Shown here one piece after another: positions 13,536 to 25,700 of a stretch of DNA of 64,000 bases. Under the pieces are notes generated by a model. That model saw only the letters and a list, made by a program, of their open reading frames with translations, had not been told where the DNA came from and did not search any database. The DNA is taken from positions 6,510,001 to 6,574,000 of the forward strand of contig JAYWIR010000003.1 in NCBI GenBank assembly GCA_036172245.1, written 5' to 3'. This stretch comes from Raillietiella orientalis. Its lineage: Eukaryota. Each line of letters starts with the position of its first letter. The first letter of the stretch is position 1. The position numbers and the translations under genes were made by a program.

Positions 13536-16500
13536 GACGTTTCTTTTAAAAAATTTGCAAACATACATGTGTAGGGCCCTCGGCCCTTGGCAGCGGAGGG
13601 GGAGGGAAGCAAACAAAAAATAAGAAAAAGTATATACAAAAATTGGGAGGGTTAGGGAAAGGATCACCGGGTGCCTGGAGGGCGTCTCGGTGACGCCCTC
13701 CAGCACCCACGACGCTTGGTGGCGCCACGCCCGGCGACCGTGACCACATGGCCTCCGACGTGGGCCACGGAGCAACCCACAATTATCGACGTCACAGCGA
13801 TTCCCCGGCTTAGCGAACGGCACCCCCTCGACCCCGGGTGCACATTCCGGTGCACACACGCTGGTACGCACTGCGACTCATCTGTCCGTACGCCGGAGCC
13901 ACGACGGGCGATTGCGTACTCGATGACCCCGTCACCTCCGACCGGCCCTCCTCAAACGAATGTACGGTGAAATCCACTTCAACACGAAATTTAACGTTCG
14001 TGCATGCAAATTTAGCTACTGTGGCCCACTCCCGACCCTCTCCCCCTTCCCCAGAACTTCCCGCCACGCTTCATCGGGAGCGAGAAGCGAACGCTGGAAA
14101 GTTTCGTTCTTCGCGGATCGCCAACTGCCGGGCGACCAGTGCGCGGGCAGTTTTGAGAGCGTAGCCTCGCCGCAGCGGACCCTCCCATGCGTAGAGGGGG
14201 TGAGAGTGGCGCTGGGGGGAAGCAGCGGGAAGGAGAGACTGACGCTTCGAGGTCTCTCCTTTGGGAGCAAGGCTGCCGGACCAAGGTGGGAACTGGGAGG
14301 AAGTGCGTCCTGGAACACGCAGTTGCTGCACCCCTGCGATCCGCCAGAGAGGCGCGGCGCGCTTGGAAGGCTTCCTGCTCGGGGAAGTCGCCGTCGCCTG
14401 CGCTGTGCCGAAAGGGGTGGCGCAGAGGACGAGCGGCGTACGGGCGCGCCCAGGTTTCTTGCCTGGGCACTCATTATAAAAATAAAAATACGTTGTGGTG
14501 GTAGAACAGTTGGTTCTACCACGTTCAAATGTTCTTCACCACTTGCCACCTGGGGTCCGATGCGGGGACGCAGGGAAGTTGGAGTTTATCACTGCGTGTT
14601 TTGCGGCGTCCCGTTCATCCCATGGAGGACGCTGGCGAGTTGGTGTTTTTTCCATTCCTAGATGGTGCCATCTCGCGGCGATCCCCAGAAGGAGTTTCGT
14701 CCGGTGGGTGGCAGCTCTGTGGTCAGCTTTTCAGCCAACGGTTGCCAAGCTCGCGGCTTGTGGAAGCGCCTCACGCACGAAGAGGCGCTTCACAACGGCT
14801 CTGGGGTTGCTACCGGGGATCCGAAGGGCCGTCGAGAGAAACGTTCCCACAGGGGCCGGAGGACAACACAGTCAGGAGTTAGACGCAAGACGGTCCCTCC
14901 TTCCCCTCCCCTGGGTCTAGTGGTAGAGGCGGGCTTTGCATTGAGGGATGCCCCGATGCAAGACCAGCAGCGCCGACTCTCGCCACTCGAGAGGGGGGGC
15001 GCGGAGGTCAGAAGGAGGTGTCTCTTCGCCGTCGCTTCGAGGGAAACTCCCTGGGCAGGCCGCCGCGCCTGGGCCGCCGAGGGCTCCGCAACAGGGGAGG
15101 CGATTGACAGTGCCGCCAGTCGGGTGCCTCCCTCCGTGCCCTGAGTGGAGGATCCGCCCGACGGGGCGGGTAGGAAGGTGCGGAGGACGCAGGGTAGGGG
15201 AGGGGGGGCTCCCGACGGCCTTTCACCTTCCCCGCGGCAACTCCGTGCCATCGCACGGGCGATGCCATGAGCATCGTCCGTGAGCGCAGCGAGCGGCGGA
15301 CGTTTCCAGGGGATCCGGCGGGTCTTCGCCCGACCACGTGCGCGCGTCGCGCACCCCGCCCCCCCGCGTCCCGCTGGTCGGCGACGGCTGGTGCACACTG
15401 AGCCGGGGAGGGGGGCATCCCTTAGGGCGACAGACCACGATTGCCGGAGCGACTCGCTGCCGCGCGGAGTCGGAGAGCGCACGTCACGTGACGCGATGAC
15501 GAATCCTCTGCGTCGTCACTACGCAACGGATCGGGAAACGGAGTGCCGTCGTACATCCGCGGATACCACAATCCACTACCACTACTACTACTAATGATAA
15601 TAATTAATAGCAATAATGATAATAAGGACAACATCGCACGTGCCTATCGGATCCGAATTGATTTTTGTTTTCCCCCTTTTCGTCGTCCACACCCTTTGCG
15701 CGCAATCCCCCGACGCTGATGGGAACGATTGCGTATCCGCTCCAGATCGACCTGGCTCCGTAGAAGACGCAAGAAGAGTCCCCTCCCCCCCGCTCCTCAT
15801 TCCCTTCCTCTCCTTCCGCCGTTACCTTCGGCCGTCTCCGTGGTGCCGGGCGGATTTCCACAGCGGTATCCTCCGTTGTCGGGACCGATCCCGCCGAGGA
15901 GTGCAGTCGGTGTGGGCCGCGCGGCCCCTGGTAGGGGGAGGCAGAAAGGTTGCCACGCACCGGGACAGGCGGCAGATCGCGCGCGGGCAAAGAAAAAGTG
16001 CCGACCTGGTCAGCGGTGACCGGGGGCTGGCAGGCGCTGCGCTTCCCTACAGCCGCGGGTCCGGGCGCGCGGTGGTGCTCAGAGGGATGGGAGGGGGAGT
16101 GTCCCAGAAGATCCCTCCTGTCTCAAGAGGAACCGGAAGGGAGGCAACCGGTGGATGGCGGCGGACCATGCCACCTCGCTCTGCCGCCTCCGCCCGTCAG
16201 GACGCTCATCGCCTCTGACGATCCCGTCGGCGCCGGCGCCTGAGGAAGGCGGCGGAAGCTGGAAACGGGTCGTGATGCTGGCCTTTGGAGGAAGGAAGGG
16301 AGGAAGGGGGGGAGAAGGAGGAAGGGAGGCAGAGGAAAGAAAGGAGGAGGAGGAGTCGCAGAGGATGCAGAAGCGTTCGAGATGGCGCTGTGGGGACGCC
16401 GCTTAAGCGTGGGAGTGGAATTGCCCAGGGCAGACGTCCACCTGGGTCGGATTGCTTCCTGCGTCGGCGTGCCCAGCACGACGATGGTAACCTGGGCGAC

Positions 16501-17009
16501 GTTGCCAACAGCCACTTGGGGTCGTGATTTGTCTCAAGGGACCGAAAGCGGCTGAGTCTGAGGACCACTCCGCATGCTTCAGGGGTTTCTTCGGCTCGAC
16601 CTCTGCCTTCCGTGGCAACGAACTCGCAGGGGAGGAAGACGGTCGCCGAGAACGACGCCCGCGGGCGCTTCCGTCTGCCCTGCAGCCTCCCACCTCCTCC
16701 GTGGCGCCTTCCGGGCGGCTGCGGTCGCAGGAACACCTTGGAGGCCGGAATGGCTCCCGAGAGCCGCTCTTCCCGGCTTGGGATGTCACGGAGGTTCCTC
16801 GCCCCACGGGGGCGCGCCGAATGCGCCCCTTAGGCGTTTTCCGTCTCCCGTGTGAACCCCAGGCGGCAGCGTTCCCCGTTGCCGAGCGGCGAGGCAGTCG
16901 ATCTTCCCCTCCCTCGCTACGCAACAACGGGGCGTCGACATGGAAACGAAAAGAGGAGGGAAGGGTCTCGGAGAGAGGAGCGGCAGCGGAAGAGAACCTC
17001 GCGCGGTCC

Positions 17010-18531
17010 ATGGCTTTCCTCCGGCTTCTCCTAGTCCTCGTCCATATGCCTCTCGGCACCGGGCAGAAGCCTCGAGGCGCCGCCGGCCCCGCCTCCGCGG
17101 TGCCTTCCCCTGCTGCCGCAAAGCCCCCCCCAACCATCGCAACGCCCCCCTTAACCGCCGCAACGCCCCCCCCTACCACAACTGCGCCCCCTCCACACGC
17201 CGCAGCGCCCACCCCCGTCACAAAACCTCCCCCTGCGGCGACACCTCTTCCTCCTGCGTGGACGGCCCCTGGCCCTGAGGGCGCTCTCGAGAGCAGGAAC
17301 GAGGGCCGGAAGATCCTGCAGCGCTGTGTGCTGGTGGTGCTGGGCTGCAGCATCGCCTTGGTTTCGGTGCTCAACGCCGTCTCCAAGGCGATATCCTACC
17401 GCCGGCAGAAGCGGCTGGTGGCCAGCCGCAAGTGCGTGACGGACGCCGTGGGTTCGGTGAGGGGAAGCAGGGGGTCTGAGAGCGCCAGACTCCCACCCGC
17501 CCTCCCCAGAAATTCATGCGACACTTCGTCCTGCGGATGATGACCGACGACGAGCACTCCCAGCTGCTGATCCACATCATGACCTACCTGGGCGTGGACT
17601 TCCACTGTGAGGCGTTTAAGAGCTTCCAGGAGGCGCGGAGGCATGAGAACGGTCAGTCCACGGCGAAACCCCTTCCGCCCGTCCGCCTCGTTTTCTCCCC
17701 GTCAAACCCTTCCTCTCTTCCGCGGCGGCGAGAAGGAGCTGCCGGCGGAAGCGTCGGGCGCGCCGCCGTTTCTCTCGGGAATTTTCGAGGAGGGAGGAAG
17801 GAAGGAGGTGGAGAAGGAGGAAGAAGGGATAGAAAACGGGGAAGAAGGGGGGAGCTGTGCCACCCTCAGGGGCGGCGCGGGATTCCCCTCCCTTCTAGCT
17901 CTCCCCCACGGGCAGATTCCCTGCCTGGTCCTGCGGAGCAACTTCTCCCTCGCCCACTTCGACGTCATCCTGAGGTTCCTGGGTGCGGAGTACGACTTTT
18001 ACGGGACGACCAACCTGGAGCGCGCCTACTGCGACCTGCTCTTGGACAAGATGCTCTTCGTCCTGCAGGAGTTCCCCAAGTGCGCCTCGTGAGTGCTCCC
18101 CGCCCCTCCTTCCGCCCTTGACCCCGTCTGGCTCCCAGGAGGGTCAAGAAGGACATCCTGTCGAACCCCATGAAGACGATCGGGGAGGAGACCGGGATGT
18201 GAGCGAGTGGTCCCTCGAGGGGGGAGCTGACCCTCCTTCCCGCAGGTTCTTCGGCGGGCTGACCGAGAACGAGCTACACCTGTTGAACCAGCTGTCCTCC
18301 TCCCTGAAGCTGCCGGCCATCATGAAGCACGTGGAGCAGACTCTCGCGAGAGGGGCCCAGTGGGCGGAGGAGCGCCATTGGCTGGTAGGGACCAACATGA
18401 CCGCTGCGGACGTCATGGTCGCCTACGCCCTGTCCAAGATCGCCAAGGTCGTCTCCTCCCTCTTCCACAACTACCCGGCTACGGAGAAATTCGTGGACAG
18501 GGTCCTCGCGAAGCTGCACTGGACCATCTGA
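17010..18531 (+). CDS. Predicted type I membrane protein with mucin-like ectodomain and cytoplasmic GST-fold (sigma-class-like, probably non-catalytic) domain, 374 aa. Exons: 17010-17456, 17510-17651, 17899-18088, 18139-18198, 18246-18531
   Basis: GST part: IMTYLGVDF, LPHGQIPCL (cis-Pro loop), ILRFLGAEYDFYGTTNLERAYCDLLLD, WLVGTNMTAADV (N-capping box), HNYPATEKFVDRV, joined by phase-consistent GT-AG introns of 247, 50 and 47 nt (well supported). Upstream exon encodes MAFLRLLLVLVHMPLGTG, a P/T/A-rich stalk, ILQRCVLVVLGCSIALVSVLNAV and RRQKR. It joins in frame through TCG|gtgagg (17457) to ccctccccag|AAA (17509), a 53-nt intron (moderately supported). Confidence 0.78.
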
Positions 18532-19703
18532 GGGACCAGCAAGGGGGATCCCCGCCCCTTCCCCGGAAGAGAGAGGGGAAGGCGGCGGGGCCAGTAAAGG
18601 AGAAGGAAGGCTGTCGTGAAGGAGTCCGTCTAGAAGGGAGAGGAGCAAAAGGGGGCTTGCCGGTCTCCCGGTGGTTCAGTCGCGGAGGGGGACCTCCGCC
18701 CCTTTCCCTTACGCCTGCCCCCAAGTGGGCTCCCCCCCTTTGCCTCTTAAGCGACTGTCCTCTGGCAACCCTGACTGAGGTGGAAAGAAGAAGTCATGCG
18801 GCGTCGCCCTCTGCCCTCTGTCGGCCTCCAAAGACGAGCCCCTTTTTGGTGAGAGGAGGGGGGGAGGGCGGGTCGTGAGGGTTCCCCCGTGGGCGATCTC
18901 CTGCCCCATTGCCTGGAGATGGCAGCGCGGGCCAGAGAGCAAGGCGCCGTATCCCCCTGGGGGCGGGGTGGGGTCGGAACATCCCTCCCTGCCTTGATCT
19001 CCGACCCAGGACGTCTGGCCCCTTACGCGCGCGCACCGAGGGAACGGTGGCCCGGCATGGAGGACGAAGAGCTGCCCAGCACTTCGGGAGCGGCAAGGGG
19101 CAGGGCTGAAGGGGTGGAGCGCACCACCCCAAGGTCGCGGACGTCCGAAAGGGACCGTAGTCGCGGCTCCCTTTCGGCTGAAGGAGATTCCCCTCTGTGC
19201 ACCCGGTGCTGGGAGTGGAGATGGAGCGAGTCTCCTTCCTCCAAGGGTCGGCGCGGGTAGCCTCCCGGTCCCTTGATGCCGAGCGTGGCAGCGCAGGGGG
19301 TCAGTGGGAGGAAGGGGATGGGGCGTGGGTCCTCGGGCGGCAGGGAAAGTAGGGAAGAACTCAGAGCTGATCCGATTTATTGTGCAGGGAGGCACGGGCG
19401 TCGATATCGAAAGGGTAGGGCGTGGGGGCCGACGGGCGGCTCTCCTGGAGTCCCGAGGAGTCGCCGGCGGACGCCAGGCGACGCTCTCGCGGTTCTGACG
19501 GGGAGAGCGAAGGTCTTCATCCTTCGGGAAAGAGTGCGTGGATAATAGGGAGTTAACCCCGCCCACGATGTGTCGCCGCAGCTCTGAGGTCGGGGAGCCA
19601 AGGGCGTGCAGGCACAAGGGGGGGGAGAGCAGCAGGAGGAAGGAAGAGGGCGAAGGAAACGGAAAGGAAGGGTCAAAGGAAGGGGCAGGAAGAGGACACC
19701 CCC

Positions 19704-22700
19704 TCAGGCGCGTTCCGAACCGACGAGGTGCTTCCCGGAGTCCAGTGAAATCTTTTGGTGCAACGTGGCGTCGTAATTGGCGCACAGGTAGCTGGCGGCG
19801 GCGGCGGCGGCCGGGTGCACGCTGGAGGTCGATCTCGCCTCCAGGGAAATCACATAGGGTGCCACCGCGACGTGCGGTACCTCCGCGGCCGCGGGCTGGC
19901 ACCTCCTGGCGCCTCCTCCGTCGGGAGCTTGACAGGGCGCGGAGAGTCTCCTCGTGCTGGCGCTCCTGCTGGGAGAACAGCGGCGTGCAGAGGGGACTCC
20001 TCCTCCTTTGGCTGGAAGGAAAGAAGAGAGGCGTGGGAAGAGCCAAAGTGTACAAAGGCGACGCCCCTTCCACGGCACTACTTCGGCTCCCAGAGGAAAC
20101 GGATTCCCCCCCCCCCCCCTCTTAAACCCCAAACCGAGAAGATGATGACCGGAGTATCCCAGAAACGGAGTAACGCGGGGCAGGGCTGCCAGGCAGCTCG
20201 AGAGCGAACGAACGAGAGGGCGTTTGGAGCACTTTCCGGAGTAGCGGTGGAGAGGGAGGCTCGTTTGGCAGCAGAATTTCTTGAGCGCTTTCAAGAGTTC
20301 ACATCCTTGGACCGGAGGCCAATGGGAAGGACGTCGTGACGCACCGTTGCTCTCGTGTGCGTACGGAGGTCCGTTGGGAGATGACGGATGCTCATAGGGG
20401 TGAGAGTTACGCAAATGGAATGCGCTTCGTATGTGCACAGGGGACGGGAAGGGGGAGGGGAAGGTGGGGACCCGCTCACCCTCAACCCTCGGCGAGGCGC
20501 CTTCCGAGCCACAGGGGACGTCAGAGGTGAGTCTTGCACCGGCCCTGGGAGGGTACGACAGGCCCGTCTTTTCCCCGTCTTTTCGATTCCCGCCGAAGCA
20601 TGTGCTCCGAGTTCCGGGCCTTCGCACCTTGGAATGGCGGAAGAGGCTCTCACCTTGGGGCGGCTGCTTTTCTTTGAACGCTTGGGGAGACTCCAAGCAC
20701 GCGTCCTTCTTGGCCACACCTTTCGGTTTCCTCTTCCGGGTCTGTATGCCATCTTTCCTCATCGTCAGTGGTCTGTTTATGCCGTGCAGCTTGTAGTAAA
20801 GACCGCAGGCGTTGCACACGGGTTCTCCCTCGTTGTTCCTCCTCCACAGGGTCGTATTCGAGATACCACAGTTGACGCAACACAATCCAATTCTTCTGGA
20901 ACACACCTGGAAAGGCGAAAGACACGGAAAGAAGTTAATTCCGGAAGAGAGAGGGGAAAAAAAGGGGAAAAAACGCAAGAGGCGTCATGCAAGAAAGTGT
21001 GGTCTCCACTGAGATTGCTAAGAATGAACACACAGTCTGTGTTTCGTTGCCCCGAGAGGGCTCGCCTTGTGCCCCCATCGAAAGAGGGCTGGAAAAGGGT
21101 AGCCGAGCCTGCCAGCCAGAAGCGAGGGGACGAACATTTTGTGCCCCCAACACACACTCTTCGGTGTTCCGATGCAACCGGCGGCTGCATGAAGAATGTT
21201 CTTGTTGCTACAGCTGCCGCAGACCAGAGGGGTTTCTTACCAAAGAAGCAAAGATATATTAAAAAAAAAAAAAACAAATAAATAAAGGGAAAAGCAAAAC
21301 AAGAGAAAATCCAGCAGCAAAGAGGTTTCCAAAAATGGAGACCTTACATTGCGAGATCACACGCACGCGCACTCACAGACACAGAAAAGTGGAAATCCGG
21401 TTTGCACATCGCGGAGGTCGTTGCAGTCGTCGCCAGAGGGGCCGCCCTCTCCGTTCTCTCTGCAAGGGACTTCGTTTTCCCGTGTTCTGGGAACGAGGAG
21501 GAGCGAGAAGGCACACTGGGCTTTTGGCTTGCCGATCTTTGAGCTGGCCCTTCTGGAACATCTCTAGATACTGAGATCTCTTCAGACTCTGCTTCGAGCT
21601 AGTTTCTGGGTATGGCCACGCGCCAACCTCCTGCGCGCGCGTCCACTGTCCTTAAGAAAACGCAGTGGACTTTTCCTTGCCGACTCTTCTGGTCAGGTCG
21701 CACAAAGTGCGCGGGCTTTCTTGCTTCAAGGACGGAAAGGACCAAGCGGAACAGGGAAACCGTCAAGCATTCAACGGAAGTCGATAGGGAACTGCTCTTT
21801 CCCTGGAAGATTGTCTCAAGAAAATCCAGCGCTTCCCGGAGAGCATCATCAACTCCTTACTCCATAATGAAGAGAGGGAGAGAGAGAGAGGGGGGGGGGG
21901 AAGCTTGTAATATCAAAGTCCTGCTACTAAATCGGTTATCCCTTCTCGCATTTCCCCCTGGTCATTTCTCCCCGACTAGGTTTCGGATCATCGTTTCCTT
22001 TCCCTTCTCAACTAACCAATCCACATAAAGCACACTCGCACATGCGCACACGCGCACACACACGTACACGTACATATATGTAGTACCATGCGGCTATGCG
22101 ATGAAGCCAGATGTCATGCGTACGGATGTTGCGTTTAGCCTATTTGACCGCGGCGCGCCAGAAAATCGTAGGCTTCCGCCTGGGGGTGTTTTCGGCGAAA
22201 ATAGTCGTTCCGCCTGGCGCAGCCATTTTGCTGGTTCCCTGGAAGCGCCGGCAAGTCAGTCTTTGCGTCCCATGCTTGAAAAACTTGGGAAACATCGCGG
22301 CGAATCACAACGGGGAATAATTACATTACATTATACGGCGCGAAACACGGAACGTTATTCTGGCCCTGGGATGCGTTGCCAGTTCCGGGGGGTTTCCACT
22401 TCCGTGTGTTGCAATGCCTGCTGCTTCCTGCGGTTTCAACAGACTTCCCCGAAGACTTTGCTTCTCGAAGACTTTGCCGCCACCACGAGTCCGCGCAAAG
22501 GGTTCTGCGGAGACTGCGTTCTGCCGGACACGCTGGTGCGCCAGCGTTGGCCCTCGTGATGGACGGGGTCGCAGGCATTCTAGAACGGGCCGGCAGGGGA
22601 GAAGCGGCGCAGCTGGAATGGAACAGGAAGATGTGCAACCAGTTCTACATCCTGGATTCTTGGTGTCCGTGGCAGACTCTCCACATCCGCAGGCGCTCCC

Positions 22701-25700
22701 TATGTTGGGAAAGACCAGCCAGATGCCTTCTGCATTATTCATCTTTCGAAACTCGGCGTATGGAAACTTGCATCTCTTCCTGCCTCGTTCATTCAATGGG
22801 ATTCAACGGCTTCCTTCCGGTCCGATGTTCATCTCATCAGTCCGCTGGGATCCCTCCTTTTCGGAACACTTTGTGGGGATCTCGCCTCCAGCTGACGGAA
22901 CTCTTCCCTCCCTCCTCCCCTCTCTCCTGCTCTCCTCCTTTGAAAGCACCCCAGGGAGGCCTTTCCCCCTCCCTCTCTCTCCTTTCCCATCTCTCTTCTG
23001 AGCTGGAGCTTTTCGGGAGAGGGAGAGTCTTGGCAGGAGGTAGGACAGGCAGTTTCCGGACTTGGCCGCGCAGCACAGGCGAAGCGCAATCCCCATTGCG
23101 CCCAAGGCAGGGACGAGAGAGCCCGGTGGCAGGTCTCCCGGAATGCTCCAGGGAAGGTGGTGGTGGAGGCGGCGACGCTTTGCATCATCTTCTTGCGCGA
23201 TGGAAGCTACTGGACTGCCCGCGCACCAGGCCTCCGGGGTCGACCGACCAACCCTCCGCCTCCGCGTTTGGACTTCCCGTGTCGGCAGCTTCCCTTCGAT
23301 GCGAGAGCTCCGACCGGCGGGAAAAGCCCTGAAGCTCGCAACGCCATCCGAGCGGATGCGCGAGGAAACGCAAATGCGAGAAGAGGGCAGCAGGCGCGTG
23401 CGTTGGCACCTCGGAGATGCCAACGGACGGAAGTACGCGTGGGATGCGGATGTGTGCCGAGAGAGAGAGAGGTACGCGCGCAAAGCTGCGTGCGCACGCA
23501 GCTCGCATCCCAGAGTTCCGCTCCTTTTCGCGCGCGGGCGGCTCCGATCAGCGGGGATCGTCCCCGCCGCGAGACACGTCCGCCGGGAACCCGATGCGAC
23601 GTGGGCAGGGGGCGGCAGGTCCCCCCGCGGTTTTGCGTCCACCCTCCCTCCTTCCTCTCTCCGTTTCCTTGCTCGCGATCGAGCACGCGCCGCCTCAGAG
23701 GGGGAGCGCCTAAGGTCCCTTTGCGCAGGGGTCCACGTGATCTCACCCGGGAGGCGGTCCCGTGGACAGGGAGCGACATGCCGAGCTGCACAGCGACGCC
23801 ACTTGGGCGTTCGGATCCACCAAGTGCCGGCGAGACGAACGAACGCGCCAAGAGGGAAAAAGACTCCAGATTTTCCCCTGGAGGCCGGATCTGCGCTTCG
23901 TCGTGACCTGACCTGCGAAGTCCGGTGCCACTAAGAGGCTCGTCGAGCTGCTCACCCGTCGTACGAGGACCACCCGCCGAAGGGTTTGCTAAAGGAAAGA
24001 GAGAGAGAAAAAAAGGAAACTTGAAATCCGTTGCGGAAGGCAACGAAACGATCGTCCCCTCCCCCAAGCTGCCCCTCTCCTTCCATCTCATTCCCTGCTC
24101 CCCTCATTCCTAAAAACTGCAAAGAGTGGCGGCCCGGAGCGTCGCCGCCACAATCGTGCCACGTCCGAGACCAGTCATCGCAAGGGCGAGGGGACCAGGA
24201 GCCTCTTGCCTGGAGGACGCTCTCGGAGGGAGCCGGGCAACGGAGTTCATGTCCCAAGGCTCTCTTCTCGGACCGTGGACGCGGGTTCCACATCTGCCCC
24301 GCCCTGGGCATATGTATACGGCAGGGAGGCACAGGGGCTCTTAATGAGCTGCTGGAGACGATGGCGAGCAGGAGAGCAGTCTGCCACTTCTCGTCTTTCG
24401 CTCGAAGGAAGGAACCAAACGGTCTCGTAGCAACGGGAGGCGCACCGACTCGTGGGGACAGTCCGCCTGTCATCGCAAGGGCAGCTCTGCGTTGGGCACC
24501 ACTGGTCCCTGATAGCCCAAGAGGTCCCGCTTCCCCTTCCCGGCATCCATTCGAATAAGATGTCCCCAAAGCGCTCTCTCTGATGACTGGACGCGGCTAC
24601 AGAGGCTGCATTCTACTCCTGCTTTCTGAGGAAGCGTCGCGACGTGACGCTGGTGATAACAGCGACAGCCGCAAGGGAGGGGAGGAGGGAGCAGGAGAGG
24701 ATGGGAGCAGGAGGTACCTGCCGGCCATGAGGAGGCACGGGGCTGAGGTGGTAGCCTGCGGCGGCTCCAAGGTCCACTGGGGGCAGCGTGCCGGTTCGCA
24801 TGGCCACGTCCTCCTCCGCCTCCTCATCCAGGAGGTACTTCCGTCTGGCCATCTGCTGCGCGCCGAGGACGCACGCGGCCGGCTCGGATGTCCCGGGGGG
24901 CTCTGGGGGCGCCTCCGCATCCTTCGGCCGCCCCGCCGTCTCTCGACGTCTAGGGAGGCAGAGGCACCGGCGGCGGCACATGCTCAGAGCTCTCCAGAAG
25001 CCCTCCAGACGGCAGAGGTCTGGAAAGCCTTCCGGTGAGTGACCTTCGAGGGTGTCCTCTTTCTAGAAGAGAGCAGGAGGGTGTCGTTTGGGAGGAAGTA
25101 GATCCGACAGCCTGTCCGGGGATTCCGGCCGTGGGCATGGACGTGCTTGGGAGGGACGCTCGTCACGACGTGCGCGTCGTAGACCTCGGCGTCGCGCGTC
25201 GCGGAGTGGCAGGTGTGGGAGGGGGGCAATGGTGTACGACACCTCTCCCTCTCTCTCTCCCTCCCTCCGGGAATAGGGGACCCTCGAGGAGCCTCGAGAG
25301 AGGTGCGATCATCTCGTGAGCCAACACGAGATGATCGCACGCCTTCCTTCTCCACACGCCCTCCTTTGCCATTCTCCGGGAAAGAAGCGACGGGAGCTTA
25401 TGCCGGAATCTGGAGTGCGCCCTTGCAGGCTCCTCCACTTTTTGTGGCGGGCACGCCCCAACCGGCCAGCTGCGGGCGTGAGGAAAAGGAACAACGATAG
25501 CAACAAGAAAAGAAAAAAGCAGTCCGGGATCACACAGAACGCGGCTTCCTCGCGGGGAAGTCCTTTCGTCGCCAAGCAACGAGCAGTTCCTCTCCCGGTT
25601 CCCGGAAGAGGCCGTGCGGGATGACTTCCGAACACTTCGTTCCGCCGTCGATACGCAGTCGCTGCGGGGGTGCAGAAGGCGCGAGCCGACGTGGAGGCTC

